62,068 nucleotides of DNA from a virus (Duplodnaviria > Caudoviricetes), in IMG/VR virus record IMGVR_UViG_3300037222_000092, positions 1 through 62,068 of that record; one strand, given 5' to 3'. A model generated the notes under the pieces. The model was given only the letters and a program-made list of their open reading frames with translations, made no database searches and was not told the DNA's origin. Made by a program: the position numbers and the translations under genes. Below, one piece after another: positions 54,307-62,068 of this stretch. How positions within the stretch are numbered: position 1 is the stretch's first letter; every line of letters begins with the position of its first letter.

Positions 54307-55563
54307 CTAAAGTGCCCCATAGATGAAGGCAGAAGGACGATAAACGGCTAGAGCAAGTCTTTCCTCTCCGCGAATACTGATCAAATTCTGAGAAAAGTTA
54401 TTTCCGTCCTCAGTACTGATCAATACCTCTATCGCTAAACGGTCGAATATTTGGGCTCCGAGCCTGAATGCTCCGGTCAGGAAGTGAGCTACGGTCATCG
54501 CGATAGTCTCGACGACTGGGAGATTCCAAAGCATCGGCTGAATGCGACCTTGCGGATCACCGACGATATATCGACCAAGCGTGTCCTTGAGCGTTTCGAT
54601 CTTCGCCCAATCCGTCGGGTGCAAGACCGTTCCCGTCGCCGGGAATAACGAGACCGCAGCCGCCTGCAGCATCGCAGCGCGAATCTTATCGATCTGCTGG
54701 GTGCTCGAAAGTGCATCGGAGAATGCGGTAGCCTGGGGAATAATTCCTAGGAGATGATTACCAGTACCGTCGCCGGTTAGGATTTCCACCTCTTCGATAT
54801 ATTCCAGGCCGTAACGTAGGCGACCGTCGATGTAGCTTTGGAGTTGCGGCGCATCGTCCAATATTTGCCGAGACGCCTTCATGATCCAGGCCAAAGTTCT
54901 GACCGGCGAACTTTTCAGATCGTATGTCAAATCGCCGGTTGGCTTCGTCGCTCCTTCCGAGACGGCCGCAGCAGTGATCGTCGGGGGGACCGTTCCGGTT
55001 TCCACCGGGTATTCGATGTTGCTTGAGATCGTCGTTCCGGGCGTCAGAAGATCCCGGATCGTCATCTTCCGCAAAGGCAGACCGACCATCGGTTCGCGCT
55101 GCGGCACGACAAGGGACGTCGCCGGCGACACACCGGAGCCAACCGTCCCGGCGGCGCTGGTGATGTTCTTGCGCTCCATGGTGACCTGCACCATGCCACG
55201 CTTGGCTTCCATCAGTTTCTTGACGGCATCGTTTTCGACGGTCATCTCGCCGATCGATTTTATGGGTTCAAAGCCGGAAGCGTTTCCGCCGCGGCGGGCC
55301 ATCTTCTGCTCGATGTCGGCGATGCGCGCGCCGGTCTTCTTTTCGAACTCGTCGTAGAGTCCAGTGACCTTCGTGTTCATCTCGGCCAGCGCCTTGTCGG
55401 CGCCGTCCTTGGTTTCCTTGGTCATCTTGCCAAGGCTTTCCATTTCGGATTTCGCCGTCTTGGACCAGTCCTTGACTTCGGCCGTGGCCTTCGTCAGCCC
55501 AGCCATGAGAGTCTTGAGTTCGACTTCGGTGTCGATCTCGTTTCCGTCTTTATCCTTAGCCAT
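54307..55563 (-). CDS. Major capsid protein, HK97 family
   Basis: Coiled-coil delta domain; V.EGA.KP...SRQILDDAPQL.SYI..RL...GDGTG...EERLALAVYRP.AF. Confidence 0.96.
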   Translation of the reverse strand: MAKDKDGNEIDTEVELKTLMAGLTKATAEVKDWSKTAKSEMESLGKMTKETKDGADKALAEMNTKVTGLYDEFEKKTGARIADIEQKMARRGGNASGFEPIKSIGEMTVENDAVKKLMEAKRGMVQVTMERKNITSAAGTVGSGVSPATSLVVPQREPMVGLPLRKMTIRDLLTPGTTISSNIEYPVETGTVPPTITAAAVSEGATKPTGDLTYDLKSSPVRTLAWIMKASRQILDDAPQLQSYIDGRLRYGLEYIEEVEILTGDGTGNHLLGIIPQATAFSDALSSTQQIDKIRAAMLQAAAVSLFPATGTVLHPTDWAKIETLKDTLGRYIVGDPQGRIQPMLWNLPVVETIAMTVAHFLTGAFRLGAQIFDRLAIEVLISTEDGNNFSQNLISIRGEERLALAVYRPSAFIYGAL

Positions 55564-55599
55564 GATCGTTAACCTCGTTTGTCTGCACGCCTTGGCGTG

Positions 55600-56574
55600 T
55601 CAGAATTTGGGGAGGGAAAAATCAGCCAAGTTTAAGCTGAGCTCGTCCAGAGCCGCTTTCTTGCTGACATGCGTCGCCTGGTTGCTTCCCTCATCCCGAG
55701 GTAGCGATCCGAACAAGCGAACGGCGACTTCGCTGGCTCGAGCGCGAGAAAGATCGAACTCATCCCTGAGTTTCTTTTCGATCTCGCGAATTGTCATTCC
55801 TGATTTTGAATAGCCGGTCATGCCGGCCGGGACGCGATCACCGGTCAATGCCTGGTGGGCGTCCTGCATGTGACTCATCAACACGGCGTCGTGTTTGGAT
55901 GAGTTGTAAGAGCTCATCGTGCCCATGCCATTGGCCATCGATTTGTCGTGCATGTCCATCGCAGCGCAGAGTGCGGTGATCGCGGCCTCGACGTCAGCCT
56001 CGAACGGGTCTTCGTTCGGATCATTTCCATCGCCGTCGGGGGCGTCCTTGAGATGCATGCGGAAGGCCGACTTGATCTCCTGAATGCGCGCCGCGCTGTT
56101 GCTCGGATCCCGCACGATATCGACCGAGTGCAGCTTGAGCTCAGTGAGCGTGCGCCGCGGTTCGCCCTGCTTCTTGCCCATGCGGGCGCCGCCGGCGGGG
56201 ACCGCATAAGCAATCGACAAGCCGCTGAGCGCGCCATCCTTCATCAGCCCCGCAATGCGGCGGCCGTGGTCGGTGTCGAGCGCGGAAATTTTGCCTTTGA
56301 CACGCAGGCCGCGGTCATCGGATTTTACCTCGGTCCAAACGCCAACCGGGAGTGGATCTCCGCCGGTGTAGGCCGAATGTTCAACATACATGCCGGGCAT
56401 AGTACCCTTGACCGCATGCTCGGCGAGCGTCGTGTCATAGGCGCCCTTGACGATTACATCCTTGTGCGAATCGAGAATGTCGTAGACCGAGCCGTAGCCC
56501 TCAAATACGCCGGGCTGACTTTCACCAACAAACTTGAATTCTGTCGGCGCGACGAAAATCTCAAGATTGCGCAT
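55600..56574 (-). CDS. HK97-family prohead protease
   Basis: FEGYGSVY..D...D.I..GA, H..., GLSI.Y, SVDIV..P.N; start ATG 56574. Confidence 0.92.
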   Translation of the reverse strand: MRNLEIFVAPTEFKFVGESQPGVFEGYGSVYDILDSHKDVIVKGAYDTTLAEHAVKGTMPGMYVEHSAYTGGDPLPVGVWTEVKSDDRGLRVKGKISALDTDHGRRIAGLMKDGALSGLSIAYAVPAGGARMGKKQGEPRRTLTELKLHSVDIVRDPSNSAARIQEIKSAFRMHLKDAPDGDGNDPNEDPFEADVEAAITALCAAMDMHDKSMANGMGTMSSYNSSKHDAVLMSHMQDAHQALTGDRVPAGMTGYSKSGMTIREIEKKLRDEFDLSRARASEVAVRLFGSLPRDEGSNQATHVSKKAALDELSLNLADFSLPKF

Positions 56575-57979
56575 TGGTTGCTCCGGTGTCTGTCGTATCG
56601 TCGAAGGTTGCCGCTGCCTCGTCGGCGAGATCGGCGGCAGTCGGCGCAGCAGGCGATGCATTTGGATCGAGCGGCTTCGGCGCGCGTCCGCGGACGAATT
56701 CTCCCAGCAATTTGATCGGAAGCATGTTCGACATAATCATCAAATCGTTGCCTTCTGGATCAGGCGGATCGTTTTCCAGCGCACGAATTTCGTTCGGGGT
56801 CTTCAGACCGAATGCAATTTGCGTCTTGTAGAGCGCGGCGCGGATTGAACTGTCGGCGCGCAGAATGCCGTCGACATTGAATTCCGGGTAATAGGCAATG
56901 GCTTCCTGCGGCAGCATCAGGGATTTCATGATGGCCTGTTCGATGCGTTCCAAATGAGGGCGCAGCGAATACATCAGGAACCACAAATTCATCTGCTCAA
57001 GACCGGTTCCCCATGCGGTCGATTTTTCGGTGTGGCCGATCATCGGCGGCGGCACCATGAACCAGCGGCACATCTGCTCGACGTGGAATCCGCGGGTCTG
57101 TAGGAGCTGCGCGTCTTCGGGCGGAAGAGAAACTGCTGTATTAAGTTTCCACGCTCCTTCCAGCAGAGGAACGCCGCCGGTTTGCATGGCACCGGAAAAG
57201 CGCTCGATCATCGCATTGGCTTGAGTGCGCTGTGTGTCGGTTAGATAAGTCGGCGCTTCCATGATTGCGCTTGGGCGCATGCCATTACGGAAGAATGAAC
57301 CGGCCGCTTTCTCGGCCGCCATTGCACTTGCTAGACCCTGACGTGCTTGTGATATCGGCGCGATGCCGACCAGGCCGTCGAGCGAAAACCCCTTGATATG
57401 CAGAACCTGAAATTCTTGTAGAGTGGCAATAAATCCCTGGAACGAATAATGATAGGTCAATGAACCGTCTGTATGTCGGCGCACCGTGACGCGGTCCGGC
57501 CGCATCGGCGTGATTGCGACAATTGGATTGTCCGGCCCAGGCTGACTGGCAACATCACCCTCATCGTTGCGGCGGATGATGGCCCCGTATGAATTACCCC
57601 ACAGCAGAATGGCCGCGACTGTACAGGTCCAGAATTCCACCGCCGTCATATCGGCATTCGGCCGATCGTGTAGCAGCCTATAAAGAGGATGCGTGTCGTC
57701 GACTACGCCTTGGCCGTCTTTGTTCCGCTTGTAGATGAAAAGTGGCAGCGTGGCGATCGTTTCCGCTATCAACCGAACGCATGCCCAAACAACATCGAGC
57801 TGCAGTGAGGAATCGACGGTGACGACTTCGCCAGCGTGTGTCGGCCCGCTCGAAAAGAAATGGTAGAGCCGCGGATCGGTAAGGCCAAGACCGCGCGCGA
57901 GAATAGAAACATTCTTGAGCGCAACATTTGTCAGGGTTGGCCCTAACAGGGCCACAGTCGCCTTCGAGATCATACCCAT
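56561..57979 (-). CDS. Portal protein, HK97 family
   Basis: VWACVRLIAETIATLP, HPLY.LL..RPN, WGN.Y, GLKTPNEIRALEN. Confidence 0.96.
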   Translation of the reverse strand: MGMISKATVALLGPTLTNVALKNVSILARGLGLTDPRLYHFFSSGPTHAGEVVTVDSSLQLDVVWACVRLIAETIATLPLFIYKRNKDGQGVVDDTHPLYRLLHDRPNADMTAVEFWTCTVAAILLWGNSYGAIIRRNDEGDVASQPGPDNPIVAITPMRPDRVTVRRHTDGSLTYHYSFQGFIATLQEFQVLHIKGFSLDGLVGIAPISQARQGLASAMAAEKAAGSFFRNGMRPSAIMEAPTYLTDTQRTQANAMIERFSGAMQTGGVPLLEGAWKLNTAVSLPPEDAQLLQTRGFHVEQMCRWFMVPPPMIGHTEKSTAWGTGLEQMNLWFLMYSLRPHLERIEQAIMKSLMLPQEAIAYYPEFNVDGILRADSSIRAALYKTQIAFGLKTPNEIRALENDPPDPEGNDLMIMSNMLPIKLLGEFVRGRAPKPLDPNASPAAPTAADLADEAAATFDDTTDTGATNAQS

Positions 57980-58006
57980 AAGGCGAAAACCTTTATCGCG
58001 GCGGAA

Positions 58007-59662
58007 TTATTTGGCGTTTACGGCGGCCAACCCAGAGATGACAGGAGCTTTAAGAAAACTATCGAGCCCGCCATTGGGCTTGGTCGCGTTCATCAAGCCG
58101 ACGGCCATGACACCAGCCACCACGCCGTCGATCTTTTCAGCGGCGCGCTCCTTGTCTGGTTTGATGTTGCCGGCCGGATCCTTGCGATAGGTGGCGTTGC
58201 CGAACATCCATTCCAGAACAGGGTGATTGCCGTGCTCGAGCTTGCCGGAAGTAAATAGTTTTTCCATTTCCGCCGACGCCTCGGCCATCGAGCCGTAACC
58301 CTGGCGGAATTCCTTGCAGGGCAAACCCTCTTCCTGCAGATGAATGGCGACTTGCATCGCGCGCCAAGGATCGTAACCGATCATCGTGCAGCCGAACGCA
58401 GTCGCATCCTCGCAGATTTGATGCTCGATGAAATCGTAATCGGTAACATTTCCCGGCGTGGTCTTTAGCGCGCCTTCCGCAACCCATCGCTTATATGGAG
58501 TGCGCGGTGAATCGCGCTCGGCAACCGTGCTTTCCGGAAGCCAGAATCGCGGGATCAACGTCACACGACCTTTCTCATCTTCCGGCGGGAACGCCCAGAC
58601 CGCGGCAGTGATGTCCGACGTAGAACCCAGATCGAGACCGAGATAGGCTTTGCGTCCACCGCCCATGAAACGCTGCGGCAGTGCCTTCCAATAAATCTTA
58701 TCGGTTGGTGCCGCCGTATTCTCCGACCAACGGTGCATCGGAAACCAACGCTTCGCCTGCTCCACCCAGATATTGAGATGATACCGCTTGAAGTCGTTTT
58801 CCATGCGCGGGCTTTGGATTGCCCGCTTGCACTCGGACTCGAGAAATTCACGCTTCAGCGAGATTCCGAGATTTGGGTTTGCCTTTGCCCACACATCGGG
58901 CGAGGTCCAATCGCAATCCTTGTCTGCCTCATAGATGAAAACGTAGGTTTCTGGGTCAAGCGAAGGGTCTTCCAGAATCCGCTTTGACGTTTCGTAAAGA
59001 TCGAAGCCGTAAGTCTTTATTTCGCCCGCGGTCGAGATGGTCAGATCAAGCGGTTGGCGCCGAGCACCCATTCCCTGAATTAAAAAGGTGTGGAGTTTGC
59101 CGTCGCGCCAGGCGTGTGCTTCGTCGCCGATATTGGCGTGCGGCGAAAGACCGTGCTTGCCGTAAGCCTCACCAGAGAGGGGGCGAAACCCCGCCATAAG
59201 TGCGGGGCAAAATAAACCGGTCTTAGTTACCTCGTAGAGATTTGAAAGCGGCTCAGACAACGCAACCATGCGCGCGGCGATATCGAACACGACGGAGGCT
59301 TGTGCCTTGTCGAGTGCATGCGAGTAAACCTGTGCGCCAGCCTCGCCGTCCCCAACCGTCAGCAAGTGTCCGACGCCAGCGGCCCAAGTCGACTTCGAAT
59401 TTTTGCGAGGCATCCAACCACGCACAAAACGATAACGGCGCGATCCGTCCTTGCGCCGGCGCCAACCGAATATCTGCCGGGTGTGAAAAGCCTCCCACGG
59501 ACTCAGGTGGAAAGTCTTTCCGGCCCATTCAGCATCGACGAAAGAGAGAAACCGTGGAAAAAAACCGACCGCCGCGTCCGCCTTGGCTTTGTCGAAGTAG
59601 TAGGGGCTGCGGGGGGCTTTGACTTTTTTCGGTTCTACCAGAACGGAACTGATCGACATCAC
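58007..59662 (-). CDS. terL: Terminase large subunit
   Basis: Walker A PRKNSKST, DEAH, ISTAG, WAKANPNLG, GLDLG...D, KIDGVVA. Confidence 0.96.
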   Translation of the reverse strand: MMSISSVLVEPKKVKAPRSPYYFDKAKADAAVGFFPRFLSFVDAEWAGKTFHLSPWEAFHTRQIFGWRRRKDGSRRYRFVRGWMPRKNSKSTWAAGVGHLLTVGDGEAGAQVYSHALDKAQASVVFDIAARMVALSEPLSNLYEVTKTGLFCPALMAGFRPLSGEAYGKHGLSPHANIGDEAHAWRDGKLHTFLIQGMGARRQPLDLTISTAGEIKTYGFDLYETSKRILEDPSLDPETYVFIYEADKDCDWTSPDVWAKANPNLGISLKREFLESECKRAIQSPRMENDFKRYHLNIWVEQAKRWFPMHRWSENTAAPTDKIYWKALPQRFMGGGRKAYLGLDLGSTSDITAAVWAFPPEDEKGRVTLIPRFWLPESTVAERDSPRTPYKRWVAEGALKTTPGNVTDYDFIEHQICEDATAFGCTMIGYDPWRAMQVAIHLQEEGLPCKEFRQGYGSMAEASAEMEKLFTSGKLEHGNHPVLEWMFGNATYRKDPAGNIKPDKERAAEKIDGVVAGVMAVGLMNATKPNGGLDSFLKAPVISGLAAVNAK

Positions 59663-59668
59663 ATTCGA

Positions 59669-60271
59669 TCAATTTAATTTGCCGGCGTTCTGCAGATAGC
59701 CGAGTGGCGATAGTGGTGGGGCCTCCGGTGCTACACCATCCGGCATTTCCGACGCAGGCTTATCGTCCGGGTGAGGTGGCTCTTCCCCAAAGAATCCACC
59801 CATCGCCGCCGGCATCGCCGCTAGGCCGCGGAGAATATTTTGCCTTGCCGCAGGATTGAGCCCGAGCCGATCTTCAAGTGACTGCAGAACGCGCTCGAGA
59901 TCGAGCATGTCCTTGAACATCGGATGCCGCGCCAGGCGCTCGCCATGGTTCGACGCGATCTTGTACCAGGTCGCTTTGCCGTCGAGCTGTTCCTTGCAAC
60001 CAACCCATCGGTGAACGTAGGAAGCCCAGCGACCATAAGCGGTTATATCGACCGGGCGCGCGATGCGACGCTGCAGATAGTCTTCGATGATCTTTGTGAA
60101 GATCGCCTTCTCGCGATCGTGCGTCAGAAATTCCGGCGGCAATACCACGGCGAGCGCAGGACGCGCGCGCGAATCTTCCTTACCGGCATCGTTCAACGCC
60201 AGTTTTCGTTTGCCTGGATTTCCTTTAAGCGCCTTCACCGCATCCGGTTGGGCGTGACGACCACGTGACAT
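59669..60271 (-). CDS. terS: Terminase small subunit, P27 family
   Basis: GR...P..VK.LKGNPGKR...P..L...HP...LGL.P..R. Confidence 0.9.
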   Translation of the reverse strand: MSRGRHAQPDAVKALKGNPGKRKLALNDAGKEDSRARPALAVVLPPEFLTHDREKAIFTKIIEDYLQRRIARPVDITAYGRWASYVHRWVGCKEQLDGKATWYKIASNHGERLARHPMFKDMLDLERVLQSLEDRLGLNPAARQNILRGLAAMPAAMGGFFGEEPPHPDDKPASEMPDGVAPEAPPLSPLGYLQNAGKLN

Positions 60272-60409
60272 TTATTCGATTCATGAAAAGGGACCGCTCG
60301 AAAGCATGGTGCGCGACGAGCGGCCCAAGTTTGTGTTCCGGGAGGAACGCTCAATGAGGAGCAGAGCAAGACCCAAGGATCACGGGCCGAGCTCCTACCT
60401 TTAGAAACG

Positions 60410-60441
60410 AAAAAACCGGACGCAATTAAGCGCCCGGTTTT
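60410..60441 (-). terminator. Intrinsic terminator upstream of terS
   Basis: Minus strand AAAACCGGGCGC-TTAATT-GCGTCCGGTTTTTT. Confidence 0.7.
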
Positions 60442-60462
60442 CTGTTCGGTTCTCCAAGCCAC

Positions 60463-60549
60463 CTACCGCGGCTGATTGGGCTCGTTCGGTTTGTTCGGAG
60501 GATTCGGTTCGTTCGGCTTGTTCGGGGGATTCGGATCGCTATGGAGCAT
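60463..60549 (-). CDS. 28-aa Pro/Asn repeat peptide MLHSDPNPPNKPNEPNPPNKPNEPNQPR
   Basis: AAGGAGAG RBS before ATG 60549; the repeat varies at synonymous positions. Confidence 0.55.
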   Translation of the reverse strand: MLHSDPNPPNKPNEPNPPNKPNEPNQPR

Positions 60550-60635
60550 GTCGCACTCTCCTTGTTTGACGGGGCGGATAACAGATCAACAGTAATGTCT
60601 GCTGAATGTTCCAAGCCTCTACTATTAGAACGGCA

Positions 60636-60861
60636 AAGCCCGGCGCGATGGCCGGGCTTGCAGATCGGATATCCGACAAGGAAGTGTGCGTAGCTAGAGC
60701 AAATCTCCGCGGTTGCGAAGATTTTGCCCCATGTAGCGGGATATTCTCTCGGCTCCCCGCCGCTGTATCGTGCTTTGATCTCCATTGAGACCCGCCCGAC
60801 GCAACCTCAGAATGGGATTCTGGACGCCTGATTAAGGCACAGATTCGGTCATGCCCGTCAA
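60636..60861 (-). promoter_or_regulatory. Putative late promoter (-35 TTGACG at 60856-60861) and structured leader
   Basis: Hairpins at ~60733-60765, 60697-60730 and 60636-60659 in an ORF-poor spacer; the -10 box is weak. Confidence 0.4.
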
Positions 60862-60978
60862 GCATATACTATTGCTTGTGGGTATCAGCCGGCCGGATGG
60901 CCAGAAACCCCTATAAAACGGCCTAAAATGCGGCAGGGTGTCTGGTCCAGCAATTTTAACGGCCGACATCAATCACCT

Positions 60979-62007
60979 CTATTTGGTCGCGCTGCGTTTT
61001 TGGGTACGTTTTCGACGAACGTCATCAACTATTTTTGCAAAGGAATTCTCGTTAAGCACGCTGCGAATCTTGGCTGACTGTTCGGCATTTGCAACATGGC
61101 CGGACGCGGCGAGCAATATATCGACGACGATAAGAAGTCTTTCCGATAGTTCCGGCACCTCGCCGATTGTTATATTCCCGATAGAACGGCCGTCGCCGAT
61201 CTTGATGTGATCAAAAATTGCCGATTTAGTCTCAGCTCCAGCGGCGCGCTCAATTCTGCGCTTGTTCAATCTTCTTTCCTTAACCCGTTTCCCCATAACG
61301 CTTACGGAAGCCGCCCCACCGGATTTCAGTATTTTATCCTGCTGTTCTTTAGGCAGAACAGAGAATTCCTTTCCAGCCGATACCGACGCTGTGCCCGATT
61401 GAACCGCAGCTATCAATCCTGGTGAGCCGTTGCGCAAAACATGCTTAGCATCCCGAATTGTCGGTATGCTGACATTCATCAATGTCGCAGCAGTTTCGAT
61501 ATCCATGCCAAAACCATCGCCGATGTGAGCGCGGCGCTTTCCTTTTCCCTGCCCAACGCCAACCTCGGACAATCGATTCTCAGCAGGGTATTTCGCTTGT
61601 TTTGCAGGCCGGTCTGGGTTTTTCAGCGGCAAGAGTAACCTACCGGCTTTGTCGCGAGCACCCGCCTTGCGCGGCCGACCCCTGCCATCGTTGTTTATTC
61701 CGAAATCAGATATTTGAGCGGCGATCAACGCGCGCTGGCTGGCATCCAAATGCCGGCGCCGAAGATTCTTGCTGATGACGAAGGCGAGCGCATCCTTCCC
61801 ATCGTAAGTTTTGAATCTTGTCGCGACCTGGGCGGCATAGCAGGCGTTAAAGCGGTTTCTTCCGTCTAAGATTGCACCGTCATAAAGAATGATTGGCTCG
61901 CGCAGTCCGTGAATGCGGATATCTTCAACGAGTTCACGAAACTGCTGACCTTCAAGCAGTGGAAAGATATTGGCAAGCGGATGAAAGGCTATTTCTTGGC
62001 TAGACAT
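60979..62007 (-). CDS. ParB-N-domain protein
   Basis: HPLANIFP...L.EDI..HGL.EPI......ILDGRNR..AC...VISKNLRRRHL..SQRA; later HTH. Confidence 0.85.
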   Translation of the reverse strand: MSSQEIAFHPLANIFPLLEGQQFRELVEDIRIHGLREPIILYDGAILDGRNRFNACYAAQVATRFKTYDGKDALAFVISKNLRRRHLDASQRALIAAQISDFGINNDGRGRPRKAGARDKAGRLLLPLKNPDRPAKQAKYPAENRLSEVGVGQGKGKRRAHIGDGFGMDIETAATLMNVSIPTIRDAKHVLRNGSPGLIAAVQSGTASVSAGKEFSVLPKEQQDKILKSGGAASVSVMGKRVKERRLNKRRIERAAGAETKSAIFDHIKIGDGRSIGNITIGEVPELSERLLIVVDILLAASGHVANAEQSAKIRSVLNENSFAKIVDDVRRKRTQKRSATK

Positions 62008-62067
62008 CGTTTTCCTCCATTGAACGAAAAAAAATAATTACGGAATCAGCGGATATGCGTGCGCGAT
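61942..62067. repeat. Terminal direct overlap, copy 2
   Basis: Identical to 1-126. Confidence 0.95.
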
Positions 62068-62068
62068 A

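Larger units (their letters stand above)
1..62067. mobile_element. Complete temperate HK97-like siphovirus genome, circular/excised form, alphaproteobacterial host
   Basis: Full set of terminase, portal, protease, capsid, tail, lysis, integrase and repressor modules. End overlap 1-126 = 61942-62067. Intact attP. GcrA and GapR homologs point to Alphaproteobacteria. Confidence 0.95.

Noticed and set aside
61942-62068. Biological direct terminal repeat
   Set aside because: The length fits an assembler k-mer overlap, it cuts through the ParB-like gene, and the packaging genes are cos-type.

Overview
The window is an apparently complete, circularly assembled genome (~61.9 kb) of a temperate HK97-like siphovirus of an alphaproteobacterial host, probably Rhizobiales. 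Bases 1-126 are repeated at 61942-62067. It carries an intact attP (3' half of tRNA-Pro CGG) beside a tyrosine integrase, so it is the excised or virion form. Modules are: cI/cro switch with GTGCG-N5-CGCAC operators; an early operon with GcrA, GapR, an HD hydrolase, a DNA methyltransferase, a replication initiator and a NusG-family antiterminator; a second DNA methyltransferase; HNH/cos/terminase/portal/protease/capsid; tail genes with a -1 frameshift; and a lysis cassette with two endolysins plus a lipase. The most unusual part is a ~13.5 kb cluster (37151-50654) inside the head-tail joining genes. Nine of its 14 minus-strand genes carry Sec or Tat signal peptides. It mixes paralogous beta-rich scaffold-like proteins with enzyme or lectin cargo (GH9-like glycosidase, SGNH esterase, zincin-like protease, LamG-like domains) bearing short terminal hydrophobic tags, plus tiny signal+tag+linker+tag peptides. 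I infer an exported, modular, cellulosome-like appendage system. Other oddities are a Tat-like mini-protein resembling a portal segment, nine GANTC sites packed into the probable origin, a glycosyltransferase-methyltransferase pair next to the capsid gene, and a Pro/Asn leader peptide with a terminator upstream of terS. All family assignments come from motif recognition by eye; no database searches were run.
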